Positions 1-10,726 of a stretch of 64,000 nucleotides of DNA are shown one piece after another. Origin of the DNA: Polyangiales bacterium (GTDB lineage Bacteria > Myxococcota_A > Polyangia > Polyangiales > Polyangiaceae); NCBI GenBank assembly GCA_038231275.1, contig JBBRLQ010000008.1:192001-256000 (forward strand), written 5' to 3'. The position numbers were made by a program, and so were the translations under genes. A model generated the notes under the pieces. It ran no database searches, was not told the DNA's origin, and saw only the letters and a program-made list of their open reading frames with translations. Every line of letters starts with the position of its first letter. Within the stretch, counting starts at the first letter, position 1.

Positions 1-1
1 C

Positions 2-1516
2 CGTCGCGCCTGCCGCCTCCAGCCACGCGTGACCGTAGTCGGTTCGCGCGAACCCCTTCTTCCACCACTCGATCGCTTCGAGGCGGCGCGTGATCGTGAC
101 GCGCGGAGACGACGCGAGGGGCTTTCGCTGCGCGAGGATGCGCGTCGGCTCGACCGACCCGCGCTCCATGTGCTGGAGCGACGCGAGGCGCGGTGATTTT
201 TCCGCGCGCGCGCCGTACGGAAGGAGCACCGCGCGATCGAGCGGCGACCAGCGGTTCGTGAGCGCGAGCTGGCCCACCGTACCCTCCCCCAGCTCCGCCA
301 CGAGCTCGGCGACGAGGCGCGGGAGCGCGCGCTCGGCCTTCGCTTCGGGGACGAACAGATCGAGCGCCTGCGCGCCGCGCGGGGCGAGCTCCGGAGCGCG
401 GAGGGCGGCGCCGAGCACCGGAGCGTCGACCGTGAACGACTCGAGCTTCGCGCGCAGCACGGCGAGGAGCTCGTCCTCGTGCACGAGCGGCACCGGGAGC
501 GCGACGGCGATCGTGCGCACCGGCGGCCCCTCTTTTACGAGCGCGCGATCGAGCTTGAGGACGAGCTCGATGCGCGTGGCCCCTACCCCGCGACCTTCGA
601 GGCGCGCGGCGAGCTGCGTCGACAGGCGCTTGGCGACGAAGACGAGCGCGTCGGTGCTCGTCACGCCGTACTCGAGATCGACCTTCTCCTCCGGCACCTC
701 GGGCGGTACGTACGGAGTCAGCGGCGCGCGATCGTCTCCGCGAAGGAGCTCCAGCACCTCCGCCGCGTTCGGGCCCAGACGAACGCCGAGCCCTGCGCGC
801 GGGAGGGCTTGCACGTCTCCCACCTTGCGGAGGCCGGTGCTCGTGAGCCAGCGGAGCGTCTCGTCGTCGAGAGGGAGCGCCGACACCGGCAGCGGGGCCA
901 TCGCGCGCGCGCCATCACCGGGCGCCGCGCGCGTCACGTCCACGCGCGAATACCAGGCGATTTGCGCGGCGATGCGCGGACCGTCCGCCACCCCGACGCG
1001 GCACGCGTGACCGAGCGCGCGCACGCGCGACAGGAGCGCGTTCGCCAGCGCTTCTTCGCCGCCGTGCAGGTGCGCGCACCCCGTCACGTCGACCCACACG
1101 CACGTGTCTTGTTTGGCGTCTTGTTTCGACCACGCTCGAGAAGCTCGAGACGCGCCGTCTTGCGCGGACATCGACGTCGTCGCGCCGAACGCGAGGAGCG
1201 CCTCCGCGAGACGCGCCAGCGCCGCGGCCACAGCCCCTTCGTGCACCACGCGCACCGACAGGCTCGCGGCGCGCGCGCGGGCGGCGGCGATCGTGCTTCC
1301 TGATCGGACGCCTTGCGCGTACGCCTCCGGCGACACCTCGTCGAGCTTCGTGTTGCCGAGGAGCGAGCGCTCGTCCTTCACCGCCCCGCCCGGCCGCGCG
1401 ACGACGAGCGCGATGACCCCGTCACCCCCTGCGAGCGACGCGTCCGCCTCGCGCGCGATCTCGAGGCGGACGCGCGGAAGGACCACGGCGAGGATGCGGC
1501 GAGCGCGCGCGATCAT
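2..1516 (-). CDS. imuB: ImuB-like inactive Y-family DNA polymerase (3' end runs off the window)
   Basis: ATG at 1516 overlaps the imuA stop (ATGA). Hand translation begins MIARARRILAVVLPRVRLE...EVSPEAYAQGVRSGSTIAAARAR and the window-edge end reads EAIEWWKKGFARTDYGHAWL, both typical of ImuB. Not in the ORF track because there is no stop in the window. The middle was only spot-checked. Confidence 0.85.
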   Translation of the reverse strand, partial: MIARARRILAVVLPRVRLEIAREADASLAGGDGVIALVVARPGGAVKDERSLLGNTKLDEVSPEAYAQGVRSGSTIAAARARAASLSVRVVHEGAVAAALARLAEALLAFGATTSMSAQDGASRASRAWSKQDAKQDTCVWVDVTGCAHLHGGEEALANALLSRVRALGHACRVGVADGPRIAAQIAWYSRVDVTRAAPGDGARAMAPLPVSALPLDDETLRWLTSTGLRKVGDVQALPRAGLGVRLGPNAAEVLELLRGDDRAPLTPYVPPEVPEEKVDLEYGVTSTDALVFVAKRLSTQLAARLEGRGVGATRIELVLKLDRALVKEGPPVRTIAVALPVPLVHEDELLAVLRAKLESFTVDAPVLGAALRAPELAPRGAQALDLFVPEAKAERALPRLVAELVAELGEGTVGQLALTNRWSPLDRAVLLPYGARAEKSPRLASLQHMERGSVEPTRILAQRKPLASSPRVTITRRLEAIEWWKKGFARTDYGHAWLEAAGAT

Positions 1517-2238
1517 GCCACGACCCCCAAGCCGCCGGTGCCGACGCCCGGACGCCATCCGAGCGTCTTCTTGAGCCCCACGCGCCCGCGCTTGTCCTTC
1601 GCGACGCGCACCGTCAGGCTCTCGGGCCCGCGCGTCAGCTCGAGGCGCAGCGCCACCGGCCACTGCGCGCGACGCGGCCGATCGCTGTCGGTGATCAAGA
1701 GCACGCGCGCGCCCCCTTCCTCCGCGAGGAGCGCGAGCTTTCGCACGATCACCTCCGGCTCGATCGCGCGTCGCGACGCGTGACGTTCGAGAGAAGGCGG
1801 AGGCGCCCTTCGCCCGTCGCAGGCGTCCATGTCGACGACCAAGACGTCGAGCGCGCGCGCGCCAGCGACCTTCACGGCGATCCGCCCGAGCTCCGCGCGC
1901 GGCGGCCTTACGACGAGCAGCCGCGCGAGATCCACGCCCGCGCGCGCGAGGCCCGGCGCGTAGAGCGACCCTTCTGGATCGATCCACCCGCACCACGCCC
2001 GCGCGTCCTTCGCCTGCGCCGCGCGGATGGCGGAGAGGGCCACGCTCGTCGCCCCACCGAGCGCGCGCGAGGCGGTGAGCTCGATCACGCCGCGCGGGAG
2101 GCCGCCGTCGGGGAGCACATCGTCGAGCGGACCGCCGAGCGCGAGCGGCGCAGGCTCCCGCAGGAACGAGGCGATCTCCGAAGCGTGCGAGACGCGCGAG
2201 CCGAGCTCGGCGAGGAGAGTATCGAGCGCGGCAGACAT
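1513..2238 (-). CDS. imuA: ImuA (RecA-like translesion-synthesis accessory protein)
   Basis: LDDVLPDGGLPRGVIEL, degenerate Walker A (GGATS), WIDPEGSLYAPGLARAGVDLARLLVVRP; translationally coupled to imuB. Confidence 0.9.
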   Translation of the reverse strand: MSAALDTLLAELGSRVSHASEIASFLREPAPLALGGPLDDVLPDGGLPRGVIELTASRALGGATSVALSAIRAAQAKDARAWCGWIDPEGSLYAPGLARAGVDLARLLVVRPPRAELGRIAVKVAGARALDVLVVDMDACDGRRAPPPSLERHASRRAIEPEVIVRKLALLAEEGGARVLLITDSDRPRRAQWPVALRLELTRGPESLTVRVAKDKRGRVGLKKTLGWRPGVGTGGLGVVA

Positions 2239-2258
2239 ACTGAACAGATTATCAGTAT
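2237..2258. promoter_or_regulatory. LexA (SOS) operator overlapping the imuA start
   Basis: ATACTGAACAGATTATCAGTAT: CTG-N10-CAG with palindromic flanks. The minus strand CTGATAATCTGTTCAG resembles the Myxococcus LexA box (CTRHAMRYBYGTTCAGS). AT-rich island in GC-rich DNA. Confidence 0.85.
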
Positions 2259-2287
2259 TCGACCTCCGCGCAAGCGGCGCGTGCGCG

Positions 2288-2911
2288 TCACTGCAGCGTG
2301 TACGTCAGCACCTCGTTCGCGCCCACGAACTCGAGGATCGTCGTCCCGCTCACGACCGAATAGTTTCGCGCCGTGACCCCCGCGGACGGGCACGTGAACG
2401 TGTAGGTCACCAAAAATCCACCCGCGGTGCCCGCGTCGTTTGTGACCGTCGACGTGACGAACGTCCCGCTCGCCTCGACCTCGACGGCCGGCGACGGCGC
2501 CTTGGAGTGAACTTGCACCGCCGTCCCCGCGAACGCCTGGATCTCTTGCAGCGTCACGCCCGTCACGTTCGTTGAGCCGCCAGGACCCGTATACATGGTG
2601 TCCTTCGTCAGGGAATACGTCCCGTCCGTGATGATGCCTCCGATCGGCACCGGCACCGCCTCAGCCACCTGCTGCTGGCTCACGATCGGCGCGCTCGTCA
2701 GGAGCAACGTCGTGCACGAGCCCCCATCGGGGAGCCTGCCGCCGTCGCCAAGCGTGCCACCGTCACCGGCCGATCCGCTGCTGCCGTGACCTCCGCCGGC
2801 GACGTTTCCGCTCGACGTCTCGGCCGCCGCGGGGTGGTTCGTTTTCGCCGAACAGGCGGCGGCGAAGAGGGCCAAAAGAAGCGGGTTCACGAAGCGCGTG
2901 CAGGAAAGCAT
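2288..2911 (-). CDS. hypothetical lipoprotein
   Basis: Signal/lipobox LLLALFAAAC, G/S/D-rich linker, beta-rich C-terminal domain. Confidence 0.75.
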   Translation of the reverse strand: MLSCTRFVNPLLLALFAAACSAKTNHPAAAETSSGNVAGGGHGSSGSAGDGGTLGDGGRLPDGGSCTTLLLTSAPIVSQQQVAEAVPVPIGGIITDGTYSLTKDTMYTGPGGSTNVTGVTLQEIQAFAGTAVQVHSKAPSPAVEVEASGTFVTSTVTNDAGTAGGFLVTYTFTCPSAGVTARNYSVVSGTTILEFVGANEVLTYTLQ

Positions 2912-2990
2912 GGGTAGAGGCTAACCCCGGGCGCCGCAAAGGCCAGTTCCTGGACATTCGCGGCGCGTTGCCCCATCGACCGCGCGCCCC

Positions 2991-5093
2991 CTACCTCTTC
3001 GGTAGCGCCTCGCCGATCCCCACGACCTGGTCCGCGCCCGCCGGCACCGTGATCGTCGACGCCTTGAAGTCGTCGCCCACCGGCTCGTACGGACCGCCGA
3101 GGCACTGGGCGAGGAACGCCTCGGCCACCGCGTTGAACGCCGTCCGGTTCACCGGCCGCGCGAACCCGTGCCCTTCGTCGGGAAAGAGCACGTAGGTGAC
3201 GGGGATCTTCTTGTCCTGCATCGCCTTCACGATCTGATCGCTCTCGGCTTGCTTCACGCGCGGATCGTTCGCGCCCTGTCCGATGAGGAGCGGCTTCTGG
3301 ATGCTGCCCACGCGCGTCAGCGGCGAGCGCTCGGTGAGGAGCTTCTTGCCGTCGTCGGTGCGAGGATCGCCGACGCGCTTGGACATCTGATCGAGCTCGG
3401 CGGCCCAGTACGGCGGAATGCTCGCCAGGAGCGTGACGAGGTTCGACGGGCCGACGATGTCGACGCCGCACGCGAATTTTTCGGGCGTGAACGTCAGGCC
3501 CACGAGCGTCGCGTACCCGCCGTAGCTGCCGCCCATGATCGCGACCTTCGTCGGATCGGCGATCTTCTGCGCGACGGCCCAGTCGACGGCGTCGAGGAGA
3601 TCGTCGTGCATCTTCGCCGCCCACTCCTTGTTGCCGGCGTTCACGAAGCCCTTCCCGAAGCCGGTGGAGCCGCGGAAATTCACGCTGAGCACCGCGTACC
3701 CGCGGCCCGCGAGCCACTGGTGGTAGCGGTTGAAGCCGTAGTCGTCGCGCCCCCACGGGCCGCCGTGCACGAAGAGCACCATCGGCAGCGCGTGATCGGG
3801 GCGGCCGCTCACCTTGGGATCGGTCGCCTTGGGGAGCGTGAGGTAGCTCACGAGATCGAGCCCGTCCCGGGACTTGATGATCGCCGGGTGCATCTTCGCG
3901 AGCTCGAGCGACTCGAGCGCCTTGGAATTCGTGAAGAGGAACGTCGCCTTCTTCGTGTCGCGATCGTACCGGTAGTAGCGGACCGGCCCGTCGGACAGGA
4001 TGTACGAGACGATCCAGCGCTTTTCGTCGAGCGATCGGCTCAAGATCTGGAGGTCGCCGTCCGCCACCGTGGCGAGCGCGGCGAAGTCCTTCTCGAGCGA
4101 CGGGTCGAGCACCTTCCAGCGCGCGCGATCGTAGGTGAAGCGCACCGCCTCGACGCGCTTCTCGGTCGGGTGACGGAGGACGTCGCCGACGTCGACCTTG
4201 GGGTCCTCCGCCACGACCGTCGATTTCCCCGTCGCCAGATCCACCGAGAGGAGCGCGGAGGTGTCGCGACCGCGGCTGTCCTTCATGAGGACGTTCTTCT
4301 CGGCCTTGTCGAGGTCGAGGGGATCGGTGGTCAGCGTGTCCTCCATCGGGACCTTCGACCACGACTTCCACTCGCCCTTCGGCGCGGGGGCGAGGATCTC
4401 GGTGCTGCCGTCGGGCAGCGGCTTCATCGCGAGGCGCACCTTGAAGTGGTCGTCGGTGAGGAAGCCCGCGTAGCCGTCGTTCTTCTGAACGAGCTTGCGC
4501 TCGCCGGTGCGAATGTCGACGTCGTAGACGTCGTGGTAGCGCTTGTCGCGATCGTTGAGGCCGACCTCGACCTTGCCGGGGACGAGGTGGCTGAGGCCGC
4601 CGATCTCGGCGTTCACGCCGTCGATGGGGGTCAGATCCTTGGTCGCGTTGGCCTTCAGATCGACCGCGAAGATGTGCCAGTTCTCGTCGCCGTCCTTGTC
4701 CTGCAAATAGAGGAGGTGGTCGCCCGTGAACGTCCACTCGTAGCGACGGATGCCGCGCTTTTTGTCTTGCGTGACCGGCTTGGCGGTGGCGACGTCGTCG
4801 GCCGATCCGACCCACACGTTGAGCACGCCGTCCACCGGGGCGAGGAACGCGAGGCGCTTACCGTCGGGGCTGATCTTGGCGAGCGCGTGGTCGGGATCGG
4901 CGAAGAGCGCGCTGCGGTGCGCGAGGCTCGCGTCGGCGCGCGGCGGTGGCTTGGTGGCGACCGGTGGCGCCGTGGTGACGGGCGGCGGCGTGGTGACGGG
5001 CGGCGCGATCGGCGCGACGGGCGGAGGCGTCTCTCCGCACGCGGCCGCGAGGATGGGGAAGAAGGCCAAGGCGAGCGCGGGACGGAGATTCAT
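2991..5093 (-). CDS. S9 family peptidase (dipeptidyl/acylaminoacyl peptidase), lipoprotein
   Basis: Start MNLRPALALAFFPILAAAC (lipobox); beta-propeller region; VHGGPW, GGSYGG nucleophile, NDPRV Asp, DEGHG His. Confidence 0.93.
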   Translation of the reverse strand: MNLRPALALAFFPILAAACGETPPPVAPIAPPVTTPPPVTTAPPVATKPPPRADASLAHRSALFADPDHALAKISPDGKRLAFLAPVDGVLNVWVGSADDVATAKPVTQDKKRGIRRYEWTFTGDHLLYLQDKDGDENWHIFAVDLKANATKDLTPIDGVNAEIGGLSHLVPGKVEVGLNDRDKRYHDVYDVDIRTGERKLVQKNDGYAGFLTDDHFKVRLAMKPLPDGSTEILAPAPKGEWKSWSKVPMEDTLTTDPLDLDKAEKNVLMKDSRGRDTSALLSVDLATGKSTVVAEDPKVDVGDVLRHPTEKRVEAVRFTYDRARWKVLDPSLEKDFAALATVADGDLQILSRSLDEKRWIVSYILSDGPVRYYRYDRDTKKATFLFTNSKALESLELAKMHPAIIKSRDGLDLVSYLTLPKATDPKVSGRPDHALPMVLFVHGGPWGRDDYGFNRYHQWLAGRGYAVLSVNFRGSTGFGKGFVNAGNKEWAAKMHDDLLDAVDWAVAQKIADPTKVAIMGGSYGGYATLVGLTFTPEKFACGVDIVGPSNLVTLLASIPPYWAAELDQMSKRVGDPRTDDGKKLLTERSPLTRVGSIQKPLLIGQGANDPRVKQAESDQIVKAMQDKKIPVTYVLFPDEGHGFARPVNRTAFNAVAEAFLAQCLGGPYEPVGDDFKASTITVPAGADQVVGIGEALPKR

Positions 5094-5121
5094 GGGCCCG
5101 AAGGGTACGACGGAACGTCGC

Positions 5122-6186
5122 TCAGCGGGAGCCGCAGAGCGAGACGCAGACGTTAGGCCCGCCGTCGGGATAGGAGCACGTCCCGGCGCACTCCCCGGGG
5201 AAGTCGCACTGGCGGCCGGCCGACAGCAAGCCCTCGCAAACGCGCGGTGCACCGAGGGAGAAGTTGCACATCATGGGTGCGATGCAATTGTCCGGACGCT
5301 CGCACGGGGTTCCTGGGCCGCCCGGCGCGCCAGCAACGCACTTCTGGCCGATGCAGATGGCGCCGTCGACGCAGACCTCATCGTAGCGCACGCACTTGGC
5401 GCCGAGAGCGAGGCGGGGCTTGCACGCGCCGTCGAAGCAGTCGGCGTCAGGAGCGCACTCGGGGTGAGCGCCGAACGTGGCGACCACGTTGCCGCCGCTC
5501 ACGGCCGCGCCGCACGTGTGGCCCGCTGCGGCTGGGGCGGCGCAGCGCCCCTCATGAGGTGGAGACGCCGCGACGTCGTAGCCGACGCACGCGAGGCCGG
5601 GCTTGCACTCGTCGTGGACGAGGCAGGGCTGACCTAGGTCCGCGATCCCCTCGTAGGCCGAGCCGCACGGCGCCCGTATGCGAGCATCCCAGATCACCGC
5701 TCCAAACGCGTCTCCCACGGTGGTGCACGCCGCGCCGGAGATCACGGCGTCGAGGGCGGCCCAGCACGCGGGAGAGCCGCGGTCGATGAAACGTGGACGC
5801 CCGAGATGGGCTCTGCACCTCGCGACGCGTTCCGCGGCAAAGTCGGGAGGCTCCCTCTCGGCGCGCTCGCCGGCGCTACAGCACCGCGAAAGGAGCGCGT
5901 CGAACGCGGCCTCGACGTGTGTGCAGTATGCATCTGCCGTCACGCCGAGAGCGGGAGGCGGGCCGGCTTCCGCCTCCGTCGAACGAGGCGCGCCCGGCGT
6001 GGTCCCGGGCACGGTTGACGTCGACGTTGGTGCGGGCGCAGCTTGCGTCGCGTCTTGGGACGCGCCGGGCGGATCGGCGATCCTGCCCCCGCACGCCACT
6101 GCGATGCACCATGAGGAGACCGGGAACAGGAAGAGCAAAGGAAAGCGAGCGCGCATCGGCTCGCTACTCAGCAACGTTCGTGCCAT
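5122..6186 (-). CDS. Cys-rich myxobacterial lipoprotein (Dickkopf-like repeats)
   Basis: IAVAC lipobox; repeated G-x-x-C-x4-C-x2-G-L-x-C motifs; start could be 6156. Confidence 0.7.
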   Translation of the reverse strand: MARTLLSSEPMRARFPLLFLFPVSSWCIAVACGGRIADPPGASQDATQAAPAPTSTSTVPGTTPGAPRSTEAEAGPPPALGVTADAYCTHVEAAFDALLSRCCSAGERAEREPPDFAAERVARCRAHLGRPRFIDRGSPACWAALDAVISGAACTTVGDAFGAVIWDARIRAPCGSAYEGIADLGQPCLVHDECKPGLACVGYDVAASPPHEGRCAAPAAAGHTCGAAVSGGNVVATFGAHPECAPDADCFDGACKPRLALGAKCVRYDEVCVDGAICIGQKCVAGAPGGPGTPCERPDNCIAPMMCNFSLGAPRVCEGLLSAGRQCDFPGECAGTCSYPDGGPNVCVSLCGSR

Positions 6187-6347
6187 TCGTTGCTTGCGGT
6201 GCGATCGAGGCGATGACGCGCATTCTTGACTGGGCCGTCAGAGAGCGCACGCCTCAGCGCGTGCGTTTTCGGCGGCAAAACGGCGTGCGTCGCGCTTCGG
6301 GCGCACGCTCGCGGCGGGCAGGGTACGCCCAAAGCCACCCTGACGCG

Positions 6348-7178
6348 TCACCTCTTCGACTTCGATCGCGGTCGCGTCTTCAGCTTGGATGCGGGGCGAC
6401 GCGCGGTCGCCTGGAGCGCGCGGAACGTCCTGTCCAGGAGCTCCGTGCCGGGCACCCCTTCCTCTGCTTCCGGGTGGAGCTCCGACCACTCGAGCGCGAC
6501 GACGAGCGGGACCCAGTCGAATTTACTCTCGGGATCGCCGGTCGCCTGCGTCATCGCCACGTCGGGGTTGGCGGCGAGCAGCAGCTTCGAGATGGTAGGG
6601 GCGCTCGGCGTCGAGCACGCCTCGGAAGGATTCGTCACCAGGTACTGCCGGCAGATCAGCGGGCGCTCGGGGTGAATGGAGCACGACTCGTCCTCGAGGA
6701 ACGGGCACGCAATCTGGAGATTGAAATAGCGCATGTGGAACGACTCGAACTCGCCGTCCGATTTTCCTTCGAGGCGTCGCGGCTCGAGCAGCGTATCCAA
6801 GAGCCCCGCCGCCTCCACCTTCACGCGGGCGTCGGCGAAGCGACGTTCGATGACCTCGCGGCGCGCAGCCGGCAGGTCGAGGACCAGCTCGCGGAGCACG
6901 TACGTCTCGGTCTGGCTGAGCGGCACGAGCTGGCGGCAGCACGCGCCGCAGCCTGCCTTGCACGAGATCGGCCGTCCCTCCGCCTCGCTGGCGACGACCG
7001 CGCGGCCGACGACCTCCTCGGTGAGGTCGCGCAGCATCGGGAGCACGTGACGTGGTCGCGCCCCTTCGGCAGGCACCTCCGCGGACAGGCGAAATTCGTC
7101 GTCGCCGAACGTCATCTTGACCTCCGCGCGGAGCGGCGGCGCGGCGTCGAGGCTCGGGTGGAGGAATCGGGAGCGCAT
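6348..7178 (-). CDS. YkgJ-family cysteine-cluster (Zn/Fe-S) protein
   Basis: SCKAGCGACCRQ and CPFLEDESCSIHPERPLICRQY motifs. Confidence 0.9.
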   Translation of the reverse strand: MRSRFLHPSLDAAPPLRAEVKMTFGDDEFRLSAEVPAEGARPRHVLPMLRDLTEEVVGRAVVASEAEGRPISCKAGCGACCRQLVPLSQTETYVLRELVLDLPAARREVIERRFADARVKVEAAGLLDTLLEPRRLEGKSDGEFESFHMRYFNLQIACPFLEDESCSIHPERPLICRQYLVTNPSEACSTPSAPTISKLLLAANPDVAMTQATGDPESKFDWVPLVVALEWSELHPEAEEGVPGTELLDRTFRALQATARRPASKLKTRPRSKSKR

Positions 7179-7245
7179 GGCGCTGCAGCGTAGCGTGCCC
7201 CGGGGTGGGAGCTCGGACGATCTCCATGCTAGATCCGCTCTCGGA

Positions 7246-8593
<1,348 letters not shown>

Positions 8594-8607
<14 letters not shown>

Positions 8608-9820
8608 CCTCGTGAACGCGCGACGCAAGAAGGGCGAGCTCGTGCTGGTGAAGCTCGACGACGACGGTCGCGCGCGCGCCTCGGAGCTGGCGGCGCAGAT
8701 CGTGGCGATCGTCGAAGCGCACGTAGGTCGATCGCGCGGCGAGGTAGACGCGGCGCTCGCGGCGCTCGACGCGGGCGCGCGTGATCGACGCTTGAAGGAC
8801 GGCCTCGTGAAGCTCGCGCTCGATCGCTGCGAGCTCGACGCGGACGCGTCGGCCGACCCGGCCGCGCTACGAAAGGCGCTTTTTACACGTGCCGCGGAGG
8901 TCCGCCGTACCTCGGAGGTCCGCGCGTTCGACCGCGCGGCGATCGTGGCGGAGATCGCACAGGCGCACGGCCTCGACGCGGCGGCGACCGAGCGGGCGCT
9001 CTTCGCGGATCTTCGGGAGGCGCACGAGCTCCGCGCGTTCACGGCGCCGACACCGCGCGCGCTCGTCGAGGCGTGGGAGCACGCCCAAGCGCAGGCGGTG
9101 CTGCTGCGCGCGGTCAAGCTGACCGTCGAGGTCACGTGCGCGTCGGCGGGGGCCGTGCGGGCGCTCTTCCGGCGCCTCAAGTTCCTGCGGCTCCTCTTCC
9201 AGGTCGAGCGCCTCCCCTCGCCGCACTCGTTTCGCATCGCGATCGACGGCCCGTTCAGCCTGTTCGACTCGGTCACGAAGTACGGCCTCCAGCTCGCGCT
9301 CGTCGTGCCCGTGCTCGAGGGCTGCGATCGCTTCCGCCTCGAGGCCGACGTGCGATGGGGACAGAAGCGCGAGCCGCTTCTTTTTCGTCTCGAAGGAGGA
9401 GCGGTGACGACCCCGACCTCCGACCTCGCGCTTCCCGACGAGGTCGCCACGCTGGTCGCCGCGTGGAACGAAGAGCGCTCCGGCTGGCGCGTCTCTCCCT
9501 CCGCCGACGTCCTCGATTTGCCCGGCGTCGGCGTGTGCGTGCCGGACTTGGTGTTCGAAAAGAACGGCGCGAAGGTGCACCTCGAAGTGATGGGCTACTG
9601 GTCGCGCGACGCGGTGTGGCGCCGCGTCGAGCTCGTCGAAAAAGGGCTCGCCGCGCGCGTGCTCTTCGCGGTCAGCTCGCGCCTGCGCGTGAGCGAAGAG
9701 GTCCTCGGCGACGCGCACCCCAGCGCGCTCTATGTCTACAAAGGCCAGCTCGGCCTTCGCGCCATCGAAGAGCGCCTCGACCTCCTCGCCGCCCGAGCGG
9801 CCGCGCCCGCCGCGTGCTAG
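8594..9820 (+). CDS. DUF790 family (Bax1-like) endonuclease
   Basis: MLTADL start, AQAQAVLLRA, IDGPFSLF..TKYG, PDLVF...HLEVMGYWS (PD-(D/E)xK-like); overlaps the helicase stop by 14 nt. Confidence 0.9.
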
Positions 9821-9840
9821 AACCTCCTGGAAAGCTCGAA

Positions 9841-10683
9841 ATGATGGCGGATCCGAAGCTCGCGCGCCTCGAAGCGCTCCTCGGCGACATGGGCGCCGTC
9901 CTCGTCTGTTACTCCGGCGGGATCGACAGCGCGTTCGTCCTCGCGGTCGCGAACAAGGTCCTCGGCGAGAAGGCCGTCGGCATGACGGCGGTGAGCCCGA
10001 GCCTGGCGCCCTTCGAAAAAGAGGCGGCCGAAGCGGTCGCGCGCCAGATCGGCGCCAAGCACGTCCTCGTCGACTCGCACGAGATCGACGACGAGAGCTA
10101 CCAGGCGAACAACCCCGACCGCTGCTTCCACTGCAAGAGCGAGCTCTATCGCATCAGCGCGCTGAAGAGCCGCGAGTGGGGCATCCCCAACGTCGTCAAC
10201 GGCACCAACGCCGACGATCTCGGCGACTACCGCCCCGGCCTCGAAGCCGCGAAGAACGCCGGCGTCAGGAGCCCGCTCGTCGAGCTCGGCTTCACGAAGG
10301 AGGACGTCCGGAACGGCGCGCTCGCGCTCGGCATGAGCATCTGGGACAAGCCCGCGTCGGCGTGCCTCTCGAGCCGCATCCCGTTCGGCACGCGCGTCAC
10401 CCGCGAACGCCTCGCGCAGATCGCCGCGCTCGAGGCCGATCTCCGTCGCATGGGCCTACGCCAGGTGCGCGTCCGCTGGCACGGCCTCGATCCATCGAAC
10501 GACAAAGCGCTCGCCCGCATCGAGGTCGCGCGCGACGAGCTCACGAGCGCCTTCGATCACAAGGACGCGATCGTAGAGGCCGGCAAGCGCTACGGATTCT
10601 CGTACGTGACGATGGATCTTCAAGGATACCGCGTCGGAAGCCACAACGAGCTCCTCGTCGGCAAGAGCCTGCGCGTCGTTTGA
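9841..10683 (+). CDS. larE: LarE ATP-dependent sulfur transferase (PP-loop)
   Basis: YSGGIDS PP-loop, RCFHCK, GTNADDLGDYRPG, WDKPASACLSSRIPFG, DLQGYRVGS. Confidence 0.9.
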   Translation: MMADPKLARLEALLGDMGAVLVCYSGGIDSAFVLAVANKVLGEKAVGMTAVSPSLAPFEKEAAEAVARQIGAKHVLVDSHEIDDESYQANNPDRCFHCKSELYRISALKSREWGIPNVVNGTNADDLGDYRPGLEAAKNAGVRSPLVELGFTKEDVRNGALALGMSIWDKPASACLSSRIPFGTRVTRERLAQIAALEADLRRMGLRQVRVRWHGLDPSNDKALARIEVARDELTSAFDHKDAIVEAGKRYGFSYVTMDLQGYRVGSHNELLVGKSLRVV

Positions 10684-10726
10684 CCGCAAAAGTTCCAATT
10701 TCCCCAGGCGGTGCAATACTTCTAGG

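Noticed and set aside
9073-9840. N-terminal extension of larE
   Set aside because: Overlaps DUF790 in another frame; LarE homology begins at 9841
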